Assembly (NCBI GenBank): GCA_016217735.1
Contig: JACRGQ010000052.1
Span: 1,838 to 65,837 of the forward strand
DNA from: Nitrospinota bacterium
Lineage (GTDB): Bacteria; Nitrospinota_A; UBA7883; JACRGQ01
Length of the DNA: 64,000 nucleotides
Direction of reading: 5' to 3'
Shown here: positions 34,867-44,788 of the stretch, piece by piece
How positions within the stretch are numbered: position 1 is the first letter of the stretch
Layout: every line of letters begins with the position of its first letter
Made by a program: the position numbers and the translations under genes
The notes under the pieces: model-generated
What the model was told of the DNA's origin: nothing
Databases searched by the model: none
What the model saw: only the letters and a program-made list of their open reading frames with translations

Positions 34867-37800
34867 ATGAAGAATGTCTCCAATGTATTCAGAAAATATC
34901 CCCTATTTATTTTTTTGTTGCTGATTGCCGGATTGTTATTGCTTCCGCTTTCGGTTATTGCCCGCGCCGCCGCCTTGGATAGGGACAATGTATCAACGTT
35001 AATGGAAAGCCTCAAGGGCGGCACTGCCGGCGGGAGTTCCACGCACCCGGAGTCCTCCCGGCGCACTTCGACTTTGGAGGAAACACGCGGCAGGGAATTG
35101 GTTCAAGCGTTAAAGAAGCGGCGCGCCATGCCGAGCAATATCGAGCTTGAATACCAAAAGCGCCTCCGCCGTGAAAAGAAGAGTTCATTCGCCGCGTTGC
35201 CGCAGAATGAGCTGGTTCTCGTTTTACCCTCGCAGGACGGCCAGGTTTTTGATACCCCATCTCCTTACGATCCCTCTGTTGCCCAATCTGAATCCGCCGA
35301 GCAGCAGCAAAGCCCCGTAGACAAGAAACAGGCCGAGAAGATGATTATGAACTTGCAACAGGGAGAGGGGGCGGCGCCGGGGCAAAAGCCCGCGGTGTCC
35401 GCTCCCCGCGAAGAAAGCGTGACGGTAAAGGGAAAATACGTCCCTTTGGCTGAAATGAAACGCGGCATTCAGAAACAATTGTCCGACCTCCGTGGTGTCG
35501 ATACGCCAGAGGCAAAAGCCTTGAAAGCGAAATTGCAAAAGCAACTGGTCGAGATTGCCGAACTGGAATCGCGGTATAACGATCAAGATTATAAGACCCT
35601 CCAGGAGAATGTGGAAAAAAACGTCAAGGATATCCAAACCCAGAATGCACTTTCCGATAAAGTGCGGCAAGAATCAAAGCCGATAACGGTTTCCGAAAAA
35701 ATAATGCAGTTCGGGTACTCCTTTTTTTATGGAGATTTTTTGCCGCCTGACTTGCTCGACAAGGCCACCGCCAGCGACTATATTGTCGGCCCCGGAGATG
35801 AAGTGGATGTCGGCTTGTACGGCAGTATCAGTCACGCTGGAAAATTTATTGTCGACCGTGATGGAACTATTCCCTTGGTCAATGGCGCTCCACTCAAGGT
35901 CGCCGGTCTCACTTTTGCCCAGATGGACGCAAAAATTCAAAATACCATCAAGGAAAAAATGGTCGGTGTTTCCGCAAAGGTGACGATTTCCCGGTATCGC
36001 GCCATGCAGGTATACATATTAGGAGACGTATCCTTGCCGGGGCCGTGCATGGTAAACGGCATGACCACCGTGTCGGGCGCGTTGCTTGTCTGCGGCGGCG
36101 TGGAACGAAACGGTTCTTTGCGCAAAATAGCCGTCATCCGCAATGGAAAGCAGATGGGCACATTCGACTTGTACAACTTTCTCCTGAAGGGGGACACTTC
36201 CAAGGATCCGCTGCTGAAGCCGGGGGATGCCGTATTCGTCCCGCCCATCCAGAATACCGCCGCTGTCGCGGGCGAAGTAAACCGGCCCGCCATCTATGAG
36301 TTTAGCGATGCCGTGCCGTTGGACGAGCTGATCAGAAACGCGGGGGGGGTGCGTCCCACATCATTCGCCCAAATGGCGCAAATCGAGCGCATAGACGGAC
36401 AGGGCAATTTTGTCACGATTGACGTTGATCTGGCGGGTGCGTCGCGCGCCATGACCATCCGGAACGGCGATATCGTCAAGGTGTTTTCCGTTGTGGAGGA
36501 CAACCTGGACGCCAACGCGGTTTACCTGATTGGCAATATACGCAACGCCGGCAAGCGGGCCTATCAAGGCGGGATGAAGCTGGCGGATGTGCTGAACCGG
36601 CAATCACTCCTGCCGGATACGTATCTTGAGTATGGCATTATCGAGCGCGAAAGCGGACTGGGCAGGGAAACGGAAATGCTTCGCTTTAACCTGGGCAAAA
36701 TGCTTGAAGGGCAAGCGGGCGATAACCTGAACCTTATGGCCAGAGACAGGATTTACATTTTCAACTCCAACGCCTTTATGGAAGCCGAGGCCGTGGGTGT
36801 GGAAGGGCTGGTGCTAAAGCCGGGGAAATACGAAGTAAAGAAGAATATGACCGTGCTGGATCTGTTGCTCACCGCCGGCGGCCTCGACAAGGACGCCGAT
36901 CTTTCGTTCGCCGAGCTTTATCGGGAAGACCCTGTCAGCAAGGTGACCACGCTGCTCCGGCTGAATCTGGAGGATACTGTTTCCTTGCGGGGGGACGCGA
37001 ATCCCGTTTTGCATGCCAATGACCGCTTGGTGGTGCATTCGGTGTGGGAGCGGAACCAAAAGAGCGAAGTAACCATCATAGGGGAAATCATGAAGCCCGC
37101 CTCCTATCCCTTGCCAACGGGAGCGCGCCTGCTTGATCTTATCTATGCCGCGGGCGGCCTTACGGAGAAAGCGTACAAGAAAAGGGTGGAAATAACCCGC
37201 TATGAAGTGCGTGACGGCAAGGAGATGGAATCGAACCACTTTGAAGTGGATCTCGAGGCCGCGCTGCGGGGGGCTTCCAGGGACAACATACTTCTGGAAA
37301 AACGCGATCAGGTCATAATCCGCCCCATCAGCAACTGGGGGGAGGCGGCATATGTGACGCTTCAAGGGGAGGTAATGTTCCCCGGAAAATACATAATCCA
37401 AAAAGGGGAAACCCTTTCGAACGTCATCAAGCGGGCCGGGGGGTTCACCAATGCGGCTTTCGCTTACGGTCTCCGCTTCACCCGCACCTCCATCGCCGCA
37501 ATGCAGAAAAAACAATACGAGGATATGGCGGGCAGGCTGGATATGGAAACCACCCACTTGGCGCTCGCCCCCGCGCAGCTCGGTTCGGAAAAATCGGCGG
37601 ATCAAAAGCAGTTGATGATCGGCGGACTTAGGGCCATGGCCGATAAATTGCGCAAAACCGAGGGGAGCGGGCGGCTCGTTGTAAATGTTCCGTCCGACGT
37701 GACGAAAATGTCGAAGGAAGAAGATTTGGCGCTTGAAGGCGGCGATGCGCTCTATGTCCCGAAAAAACCGGCTGCGGTTCTGGTCATGGGTGCCGTGTAT

Positions 37801-38103
37801 AACCAGAATGCTTTCCAATACCGCAAGGATTTTAGCGTGGAGGCGTATATCAACAGGGCGGGAGGTTATACCGAACAAGCCAACCAGTCGGGGACAAATA
37901 TCATCAAAGCCAATGGTGAAGTGATGCCCTTGCGTGGCGGGTATTTCCAAAAGAGGGCCACGCTCGGTCCTGGCGACGTTATCCTGGTTCCTGAGACCGT
38001 TGTGCAATATTCGGGTCTGCAAATGACCCAGGACATCACGCAGATACTGTATCAGCTCTCGCTTACCGCCGCGGGCCTCAAGTCGATCGGCGTCTTCCAG
38101 TAG
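34867..38103 (+). CDS. Giant polysaccharide export protein (Wza/KpsD family: Poly_export + multiple SLBB domains)
   Basis: 1078 aa. Signal/TM N-terminus, coiled-coil/Gln-rich region, then repeated GDxV...P SLBB-like units (GPGDEVDVGLYG, KPGDAVFVPP, IRNGDIVKVF, LHANDRLVV, LEKRDQVIIRP, LGPGDVILVPE). ATG 34867 has RBS AAGAAAGAGGA. Confidence 0.75.
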   Translation: MKNVSNVFRKYPLFIFLLLIAGLLLLPLSVIARAAALDRDNVSTLMESLKGGTAGGSSTHPESSRRTSTLEETRGRELVQALKKRRAMPSNIELEYQKRLRREKKSSFAALPQNELVLVLPSQDGQVFDTPSPYDPSVAQSESAEQQQSPVDKKQAEKMIMNLQQGEGAAPGQKPAVSAPREESVTVKGKYVPLAEMKRGIQKQLSDLRGVDTPEAKALKAKLQKQLVEIAELESRYNDQDYKTLQENVEKNVKDIQTQNALSDKVRQESKPITVSEKIMQFGYSFFYGDFLPPDLLDKATASDYIVGPGDEVDVGLYGSISHAGKFIVDRDGTIPLVNGAPLKVAGLTFAQMDAKIQNTIKEKMVGVSAKVTISRYRAMQVYILGDVSLPGPCMVNGMTTVSGALLVCGGVERNGSLRKIAVIRNGKQMGTFDLYNFLLKGDTSKDPLLKPGDAVFVPPIQNTAAVAGEVNRPAIYEFSDAVPLDELIRNAGGVRPTSFAQMAQIERIDGQGNFVTIDVDLAGASRAMTIRNGDIVKVFSVVEDNLDANAVYLIGNIRNAGKRAYQGGMKLADVLNRQSLLPDTYLEYGIIERESGLGRETEMLRFNLGKMLEGQAGDNLNLMARDRIYIFNSNAFMEAEAVGVEGLVLKPGKYEVKKNMTVLDLLLTAGGLDKDADLSFAELYREDPVSKVTTLLRLNLEDTVSLRGDANPVLHANDRLVVHSVWERNQKSEVTIIGEIMKPASYPLPTGARLLDLIYAAGGLTEKAYKKRVEITRYEVRDGKEMESNHFEVDLEAALRGASRDNILLEKRDQVIIRPISNWGEAAYVTLQGEVMFPGKYIIQKGETLSNVIKRAGGFTNAAFAYGLRFTRTSIAAMQKKQYEDMAGRLDMETTHLALAPAQLGSEKSADQKQLMIGGLRAMADKLRKTEGSGRLVVNVPSDVTKMSKEEDLALEGGDALYVPKKPAAVLVMGAVYNQNAFQYRKDFSVEAYINRAGGYTEQANQSGTNIIKANGEVMPLRGGYFQKRATLGPGDVILVPETVVQYSGLQMTQDITQILYQLSLTAAGLKSIGVFQ

Positions 38104-38104
38104 C

Positions 38105-38130
38105 CGCCGTTCCGTTTAGCGCGGCGGCGG
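38105..38130. terminator. Hairpin GCCGCCG-N12-CGGCGGC between convergent genes
   Basis: 7-bp GC stem between the exporter stop and the TetR stop. No clean T-run. Confidence 0.3.
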
Positions 38131-38139
38131 AGCGAAGAA

Positions 38140-38748
38140 CTATAAAGTTTCTTTTTTCACGCCGGCGATTGAGCCAAGCGCTTCAAGCGCCATATACTGG
38201 TAGAGGTCGATGTTGAAGGCGGCGGGATCGGAGATCAATTGCAGCGAGGCTCCCTCCAGCAGGCTCAGCATGAGCGGCGGCACCATGTGCGATTTCTCGG
38301 CGGTGAAGTCGCCGTTTGACACGCCGTCACGAACCAGTTGCGCGATGTAGCCGCGGAAGCCGTCGAACCGCTGTACGATTTTACCGCGTATTGCCGGGTG
38401 TTTTACCCCCCGCACCCAGAAATCGAAAAATACTATCAACAATTCCGGTTCTTCGGCGATGGTTTTGCGGTACCGGTTGAAAATTCCCTTGATCTCGTCG
38501 AAGGGGGCGGACTTTTTGTTGAAGTTCTCGAGCGGGATTTCAAGCAGGCGGTCAAGCACCCGGTCCAGTACGCGGTCAAGCACCACTTCTTTGGTTTTGA
38601 AATGGTAGTGCAGCAGCGGTTTTGAAATTCCCGCGCGTTCCGCGATGAGCGCCGTGGTGACGCCGGAAATCGAGTGTTCGGCGATGACGTTGAAGGCGGC
38701 CCCCAGCACCGCCTCAACTGTTTTTTCCGTCCGTTCTTTTTGTTTCAT
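38140..38748 (-). CDS. TetR/AcrR family transcriptional regulator
   Basis: N-terminal HTH (AVLGAAFNVIAEHSISGVTTALIAERAGISKPLLHYHFKTKE). Confidence 0.85.
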   Translation of the reverse strand: MKQKERTEKTVEAVLGAAFNVIAEHSISGVTTALIAERAGISKPLLHYHFKTKEVVLDRVLDRVLDRLLEIPLENFNKKSAPFDEIKGIFNRYRKTIAEEPELLIVFFDFWVRGVKHPAIRGKIVQRFDGFRGYIAQLVRDGVSNGDFTAEKSHMVPPLMLSLLEGASLQLISDPAAFNIDLYQYMALEALGSIAGVKKETL

Positions 38749-38756
38749 CCGCCCCG

Positions 38757-39179
38757 TTAGTCGGCTTTTTTATCCGCCGGCGCGCCGGGCTTCATGGGAC
38801 AGGGATTATCCTTGCCGCCGCAGCAACCATCCTTCTTATGCATCATCCCGCCTTGCGGTTCCATTCCCCCCATGCCGCCGGCGCCGCCCATCATCATGGT
38901 ATGCATTTTGTTGTGTTTTTCGATATTGGCCTGAATCCGCTGTTCCAGCGCTTCGGCTTTGGTCTTTGCTCCCTTGTCCTTGGCGACATCTTTCAGCAGT
39001 TGCACCGTTTCCAGCAGCAAGGCGTCGCGCTCTTGCATCAGCGCCATCCGTTGCGCATAAACGTCTTGTTGGCCGGCGGCCTCCGCGGGTGTGGCGGCGG
39101 CTTTCATTTGGCACGCGTTGGCCTGGGCGCCGAAACCGATGAAGAATCCGATGATGAGCGTTATGGTGATTTTGTGCAT
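38757..39179 (-). CDS. Periplasmic CpxP/ZraP/Spy-like protein with Met/Gly/Cys-rich C-terminal metal-binding tail
   Basis: RBS AAGGAGG 5 nt upstream. Signal peptide, helical core, then HTMMMGGAGGMGGMEPQGGMMHKKDGCCGGKDNPCPM. Confidence 0.55.
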   Translation of the reverse strand: MHKITITLIIGFFIGFGAQANACQMKAAATPAEAAGQQDVYAQRMALMQERDALLLETVQLLKDVAKDKGAKTKAEALEQRIQANIEKHNKMHTMMMGGAGGMGGMEPQGGMMHKKDGCCGGKDNPCPMKPGAPADKKAD

Positions 39180-39198
39180 TGTTCCTCCTTGCATTTGG

Positions 39199-40344
39199 TT
39201 AACTGACTATTTTAAGCAGGAGCGGCGTGGCCGGTTTCATGGCCCCTTCGGGGCAGACCTCCACGCAGCAGAAACAGCGTATGCATTTATCGTAGTTGAA
39301 AGCGAGCTTGCCGTTTTTCACCGTTATGATTTCCGTCGGGCATATCTCAATGCACTTGTTGCAAAGTGTGCATTTGGAGCGGTCTTCCATAGGTTTCGCG
39401 GTGAGGTGATTGAGGACGAAACGCTGGAATGCTTTAGGGCCAAAAATGACCGTGCCGGTTTTGGGGAAACGGAAGTCCCGTTGCGCGAAGCGCGCCGCGT
39501 CATCGCCCAGCACGCGGATGCGGCGGGGATCGGTTTCGCCGATGCCCATTTCAGCGGCGGCGCGCATGACGAAAAAGTTGTCCAATTCCCCCCCGGCAAT
39601 GTCGAGCATGGTGCGGTCGAGCGCTACCGCGTCCGTGGCGGCGGCCAGCAGGCCGATATGGCGCGGGGTGCCGCCGGTGCCCGGCCCATCCCCTTCCATC
39701 GCCTCGATGGTGTCGAGAATCGTCAGGTCCGGGTCGACGGCGTGGTGAACCTCCACCAGCATCCGCGCGAAGAAGATGCGGTCTATCCCCGCCTTGAAGT
39801 GCCATTGCGCCTTGCGGCTTCCCACCACGCAGCCGAAGGTGTTTTTCACCCCGCCGGTCAGGTACATCTGGGCGTGGGTCTTGAATTTCGGCAGGTTGAT
39901 GATGCGGTTTGCTTCCAGCGCATGGCGTGAAAGTTCCAGCATGCGGAAAATGCGATTGTCCCCCGCCTTGAATTCGGTCGACTCTTTCAGGTCGAAAATC
40001 GGTATGCCAAGTCCTTTCGCCACTTCCCCCAATCCCGTCCGTTTGGCGGTGACGGCGAAGCCGGGTACGGCGGGGGAGTCGGCGATAAACGGCTTGCCGC
40101 CGGCGTCGAGCACCAGTTCCGCCACGGCGCGGACAACGGCGGGATGTGTGGTGACCGCCTTTTCGGGCGTGGCGGGGGCGAGCATATTCGGTTTTAAAAG
40201 AACCGAATCCCCCGGGGTCACGAATTTGCCAAGCCCCCCCATGAGGTCGATGAGGGAGGCGATGGATTCCTTTACCCGCGCCGGATCGTAATCGGTACAG
40301 GCTTTTAAGGCAACATCGGTTTGCATATTGCCATTATACCCCAT
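39199..40344 (-). CDS. DUF362 domain protein with C-terminal 2x[4Fe-4S] ferredoxin domain
   Basis: C-terminal CTLCNKCIEICP...CIRCFCCVEVCP. The N-terminal approx 300 aa is DUF362-like. An alternative start at 40326 is possible. Confidence 0.6.
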   Translation of the reverse strand: MGYNGNMQTDVALKACTDYDPARVKESIASLIDLMGGLGKFVTPGDSVLLKPNMLAPATPEKAVTTHPAVVRAVAELVLDAGGKPFIADSPAVPGFAVTAKRTGLGEVAKGLGIPIFDLKESTEFKAGDNRIFRMLELSRHALEANRIINLPKFKTHAQMYLTGGVKNTFGCVVGSRKAQWHFKAGIDRIFFARMLVEVHHAVDPDLTILDTIEAMEGDGPGTGGTPRHIGLLAAATDAVALDRTMLDIAGGELDNFFVMRAAAEMGIGETDPRRIRVLGDDAARFAQRDFRFPKTGTVIFGPKAFQRFVLNHLTAKPMEDRSKCTLCNKCIEICPTEIITVKNGKLAFNYDKCIRCFCCVEVCPEGAMKPATPLLLKIVS

Positions 40345-40376
40345 ACGTCCGCTGGAAAAGGGCGCGCGGCCGCCCC

Positions 40377-41297
40377 TTACTTGCTACGGATGGAGAGCGA
40401 GAGCTTTTGCGTGGTGTTGCCCGGCCAGTCAATCAACAGGGCGCTTGCCACAAAAACCGACGAGTAGGTGCCGAAGCCGATGCCCACCAGCAGGGTGAAG
40501 GAAAAGTCGTGCAGCACCGGGCCGCCGAACAGGAAGAGGGCGATCACGGTGAGCAACGTCAGGCCGGAGGTGATGATGGTGCGGCTCAGCGTCTCGTTCA
40601 CGGCGTCGTTCACCAGCGCCGGAAGTTCAAGGGAACGCTTGAGGCGGAGGTTCTCGCGGATGCGGTCGAAAACGACGATGGTGTCGTTCAGCGAATACCC
40701 GATGACGGTGAGGATGGCGGCCAGCACCGGCAGCGAGAATTCCTTGCCGAAGAGGCAGAGCGCGCCGATGGTGATCACGGTGTCATGCATTAGCGCCAGC
40801 ACGGCGGTGGTGGCGAAGCGCGACTCGAAGCGGAAGGCGAGGTAGATCAGGATGCCGACGAGCGCCCAGAGGACGGAGAGGAGCGCTTTCCAGGTGAGGT
40901 CTTTCCCCACCTTCGGGCCAACCGTTTCCGTCCGCTGCACGGTAAGGGAGCCGGCGCCGTATTTGGCCTCCAGCGCGGTGACCACTTTTTTAGAAGCCTC
41001 TTCGGTCTGCTCGTTCTTGGGGTGGATGTTTATCAGCACATCTTCGGGGGTGCCAAACTGCTGCATGTCGCCGGAGTAGCCGGCCGCCTCCACCACGGAA
41101 CGGACTTCATTGATGGAGTGGGCTTCCTTGAACTTCACCTGTATGAGCGTGCCGCCGGCGAAATCGATGCCGTATCTGAGGCCGCCCATCGCCGCCAGCA
41201 ACGCCACGGTGAGCAGGAGCAGGGCGCTGGAGAAGGCGTAGGCCAGTTTTTTATGTTTGAGCCAATTGACGTTGGGCTTTTTGCCGAAGAACTGCAT
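40377..41297 (-). CDS. secF: Protein translocase subunit SecF
   Basis: 306 aa, 6 TM, SecF N-terminal motif GIDFAGGT. Confidence 0.9.
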   Translation of the reverse strand: MQFFGKKPNVNWLKHKKLAYAFSSALLLLTVALLAAMGGLRYGIDFAGGTLIQVKFKEAHSINEVRSVVEAAGYSGDMQQFGTPEDVLINIHPKNEQTEEASKKVVTALEAKYGAGSLTVQRTETVGPKVGKDLTWKALLSVLWALVGILIYLAFRFESRFATTAVLALMHDTVITIGALCLFGKEFSLPVLAAILTVIGYSLNDTIVVFDRIRENLRLKRSLELPALVNDAVNETLSRTIITSGLTLLTVIALFLFGGPVLHDFSFTLLVGIGFGTYSSVFVASALLIDWPGNTTQKLSLSIRSK

Positions 41298-42844
41298 TAT
41301 ACTTTTATCTCCGTTACTTTCCGGTTGGAGAGAATCAAGTCAAACATCCAGCGCGATACAAAGACCGCGGTGAACATCGAGGCCATCAGCCCGATGGAGA
41401 GCGTGACCGCGAATCCTTTCAGCGGGCCGGTGCCGAACTGGAAGAGAACCACCGCCGCGATGAGGGTGGTCACGTTGGAATCGACGATGGTGACGAAGGC
41501 GCGGCTGAAGCCGGCCTCCACCGCGGCGCGGACGGTCTTGCCGTTGAAAAGCTCCTCGCGGATGCGCTCATAGATCAGAACGTTGGCGTCCACCGCCATG
41601 CCGATGGTGAGCGCGATGCCCGCGATGCCGGGCAGGGTGAGCGTTGCTTCCATGTAACCCATCATGCCGGCGAGGATTACGACGTTGAGCGTCAGCGCGA
41701 TATTGGCGATAATGCCGCCGACGCGGTAGTAGACCAGCATGAAAAGCACCACGGCCAGCGCGCCATAGAGGCAGGCGGTGAGGCCGTCGCGTATCGAGTC
41801 CGCCCCCAGCGAGGGACCGACGGAGCGCTCTTCCTGCAACGCCAGCGGTGCGGGCAGGGCGCCGGCGCGCAGGATGATGGCCAAGTCATGCGCCTGCTCG
41901 GCGGTGAAGCCCCCCGTGATCTGCGCTTTGCCGCCGGTTATTTTTTCGCGGATGACCGGGGCCGAGTGCACCTTGCCGTCAAGGATGATCGCCATCCGGC
42001 GCTTGACGAATTTTTCCGTGAGATCGCCGAAACGGCGCGCCCCTTCGCTGTCGAAGTTTATCGAAACGTACGGCTCATTGAACTGCTGGTCGATCCGCAC
42101 GTCGGCGTCCACTATCGATTCGCCGCCGAGCATCGCGTGTTTTTCCACCAGCAACGGGGTGTGCGGTTCCGTTTTGTTGGTCACCGGGTCTTTGGAGTAT
42201 TCGTACAGAAGTTCCGCGTTGGGCGGGATGTTTCCTTTGAGGGCGTCCTGCAACGAGGCGTTTTCATCGACCATGCGGAATTCAAGCCGCGCGGTGGTTT
42301 TGATCAGTTCCTTGGCCCGTTCGGGGTCTTTCACGCCGGGGAGCTGGATGAGTATGTGGTTTTCCCCCTGCTTTTGCAGCATCGGTTCGGCCACGCCGAA
42401 CTGGTCGATGCGGTTGCGCAGGGTTTCCAGGGCCTGGTCCACGGCATGCTGGCGGATCGCCTGCGCACGCTCCGCGGTGACGCCGTAATAAATGTGGTTG
42501 GCGTCGGCGGCGGATTCGGAAAGTTCGCCGAATTCCTTGGCCTCGGTGCGTACCTTCTCGATGTCGGCGGTGCGGGCCATTTCAACGCTGATCCGCTTCT
42601 GGTCGTCCACGGCGAAGGCGGCCGGGACGATGCCGGCCGCTTCAAGCCGCGCGCGGAAATCTTCGGCGGTGCGGGCCAAAGCCATGTCGACCGCTTTTTC
42701 GGTCTGCACCTCATACAGGAGGTGCATCCCCCCTTGCAGGTCGAGTCCCAGCTTTATCTTCTTATTGAGGGGAAGCGCGGCATATAAGGATGCGGCAATC
42801 ACAACGGCTATGACGATAAAGCGCCAAAGAAGGGGGCGGTTCAT
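41297..42844 (-). CDS. secD: Protein translocase subunit SecD
   Basis: 515 aa with LGLDLQGG, a large periplasmic domain and a C-terminal 6-TM bundle. Confidence 0.9.
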   Translation of the reverse strand: MNRPLLWRFIVIAVVIAASLYAALPLNKKIKLGLDLQGGMHLLYEVQTEKAVDMALARTAEDFRARLEAAGIVPAAFAVDDQKRISVEMARTADIEKVRTEAKEFGELSESAADANHIYYGVTAERAQAIRQHAVDQALETLRNRIDQFGVAEPMLQKQGENHILIQLPGVKDPERAKELIKTTARLEFRMVDENASLQDALKGNIPPNAELLYEYSKDPVTNKTEPHTPLLVEKHAMLGGESIVDADVRIDQQFNEPYVSINFDSEGARRFGDLTEKFVKRRMAIILDGKVHSAPVIREKITGGKAQITGGFTAEQAHDLAIILRAGALPAPLALQEERSVGPSLGADSIRDGLTACLYGALAVVLFMLVYYRVGGIIANIALTLNVVILAGMMGYMEATLTLPGIAGIALTIGMAVDANVLIYERIREELFNGKTVRAAVEAGFSRAFVTIVDSNVTTLIAAVVLFQFGTGPLKGFAVTLSIGLMASMFTAVFVSRWMFDLILSNRKVTEIKV

Positions 42845-43176
42845 GCTTTTTCCACTTCCACTTTGTCTTTATGGCCGGCTACATAGTGGCGGTTGACTTT
42901 TATTTTCACGTTGTCCGCCACCTCTATGGTGATCACATCGTCCTTTATTTTGACGATGGTGCCGTAGATGCCGCCGGTGGTCATCACGCTGTCCCCTTCC
43001 TTGAGGCCCGCGATCATTTCACGGGTTTCCCGCTGCTTTTTCTGCTGCGGGCGGAAGATGAGAAAGTAGAAAATGATAACGACGAGAATGAGCGGGGCGT
43101 ATCCCATCATAACGTCAAATCCCGACGCGTTGGCGTTCGGCGGGGGGGACATGGCCCATGCGTTGTCGACAAACAT
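42841..43176 (-). CDS. yajC: Preprotein translocase subunit YajC
   Basis: Start at ATG 43176 with GGGAGG 9 nt upstream. Single TM plus the conserved LILVVIIFYFLIFRPQQKK...GDSVMTTGGIYGTIVKI. Confidence 0.8.
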   Translation of the reverse strand: MFVDNAWAMSPPPNANASGFDVMMGYAPLILVVIIFYFLIFRPQQKKQRETREMIAGLKEGDSVMTTGGIYGTIVKIKDDVITIEVADNVKIKVNRHYVAGHKDKVEVEKA

Positions 43177-43330
43177 TGCTAAAAACCTCCCAATACCTAA
43201 AAATTGAACGGCCATTAAAACCCAAAGCGCCGGAAAGTGCAAGGGGGAGATGCGCTTTTTGTAATATGCGCGGCAGCGGCCGCTCCCGCTATAATCGACG
43301 GTAACCATGTGGTTGAAGGGGAAGGAAGAA

Positions 43331-44701
43331 ATGCGTTACGGTCTTGCCGCCGCCGTGTTGCTGGCGTTTTCGTTCGGATTGCAGGCGGCGTTCATTTTCG
43401 AACAGCGTGGTTCGCCGCCGGAAACATTTTTCCGCGATAACGCGGCGTTCGACAGTTCCCGTTTTTTGGCCGACGCGCGGGTGATCGAGGCCGATGGGGT
43501 GTACGTCGGCGCGCCGCGGCGGCAGCTCCATGCGATCTATCCCCTTGTCATCGCCGGTTTTGAAACGGTGTTCGGACGCGCGCCGGTGGCGCTGCTTCTT
43601 TTTCAGGCATTGCTCAATTGCGCGATGTTTTTCATGGTCTGGCGGCTCACGCGCCGCTGGTTTGGCGAAGGGGCCGCGCTGGCCGCGCTTTTCCTCTGCG
43701 CCTTTTACCTTTCTTTTGTTTTCTATGCGGGCGTCTGGTTGCGTGAGGTGATAGCGGTTTTTTTGGCCGTGGTGGTACTTGCGCTCTTGGACGAAATGGA
43801 GAAGGGGGGGCGGTGGACGTTCGCCGCGGCGGCGGGCGCCGCCGCCGGCTTGTTGATGGAGACGCGCCCCTACCCGCTGCTTTTGGGCGCGGTGCTGGCG
43901 GTATTGCTGTTTTCGGCGGTGCGGCGGCGTACGCGTGAATCGGCCGTTTGCGCCGCCGCGTTCGCGCTCGGTTCTTTTACCGTAATGGCGGCGTTGCCGG
44001 GGCCGGGGGAGGGCGGCGATGCGGGGCCGCTGGCGCACTTTTTAAGCGGCAACGTGCTTGATGGGGCGTACGGTTACCTTTGGCTCACGACTCCCGCCAA
44101 AGAGCGGCTATTGGCCGAAAGCGGCGGCGGCACGTTCAAAGGGCTTTGGCTGTTTCTCGGCGAAGTGGCGCATCAACCCGTGGCGTACGCCGCGTTTTAT
44201 TTCAAAAAGCTCCGGATGCTTTTCGGGGATTTCGCCATTCCCTCCAATTACAACATTTATCTTTTCAAGGAAGAGCTTTCAAACGTGCTGCACCTGCCGT
44301 TTGTCACCTTCGGGCTGGTTTTTCCGTTCGCGGTCATCGGCCTGTGGGAGGGGTGGCGCGATCCACGCGCGCCGCGTTGGCTTTATCTTATTACTTTCGC
44401 GCTGGCGCTGGGAGTGTTCATCTTCCCCATTCAGGAGCGTTACCGCCTAATCATTGTTCCGTTCTTCATCATTTTCGCGGCGCTGGGTGTGGCGGCTCTT
44501 TTCGGCGCGATGCGCGCGGGGAACGCCCGCAAAGGAGCGTATCTCGCGGCGCTGTTTCTGACCGCCCTGTTTATCTGCCGGTTCGATTACTGGCCACTGA
44601 CGGGGATCACCGGCCCCGGCGATTACCGCAACCTCGCCGCCGCATACCGGGAGGCGGGGGATGGCGTAAAGGCCCGTTACTATGATGGGAGGGCGCAATA
44701 G
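43331..44701 (+). CDS. GT-C fold membrane glycosyltransferase (ArnT/PMT, GT39/83-like)
   Basis: Polytopic, with a first-loop DE-like motif region and about 11 TM helices. Start at MRYGLAAAVLL. Confidence 0.5.
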   Translation: MRYGLAAAVLLAFSFGLQAAFIFEQRGSPPETFFRDNAAFDSSRFLADARVIEADGVYVGAPRRQLHAIYPLVIAGFETVFGRAPVALLLFQALLNCAMFFMVWRLTRRWFGEGAALAALFLCAFYLSFVFYAGVWLREVIAVFLAVVVLALLDEMEKGGRWTFAAAAGAAAGLLMETRPYPLLLGAVLAVLLFSAVRRRTRESAVCAAAFALGSFTVMAALPGPGEGGDAGPLAHFLSGNVLDGAYGYLWLTTPAKERLLAESGGGTFKGLWLFLGEVAHQPVAYAAFYFKKLRMLFGDFAIPSNYNIYLFKEELSNVLHLPFVTFGLVFPFAVIGLWEGWRDPRAPRWLYLITFALALGVFIFPIQERYRLIIVPFFIIFAALGVAALFGAMRAGNARKGAYLAALFLTALFICRFDYWPLTGITGPGDYRNLAAAYREAGDGVKARYYDGRAQ

Positions 44702-44788
44702 TCCCTTCGTGGCGGGGGCGGGGGCGGTAAAGAATGGGGGGCAAAACCCGATATAATCGTGGCAATAAAAAAATAGCTCTGGGGGTAC

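Noticed and set aside
36814-38022. 402-aa minus ORF inside the Wza-like exporter gene
   Set aside because: Antisense to a gene with repeated SLBB motifs. His/Arg/Gly-rich.
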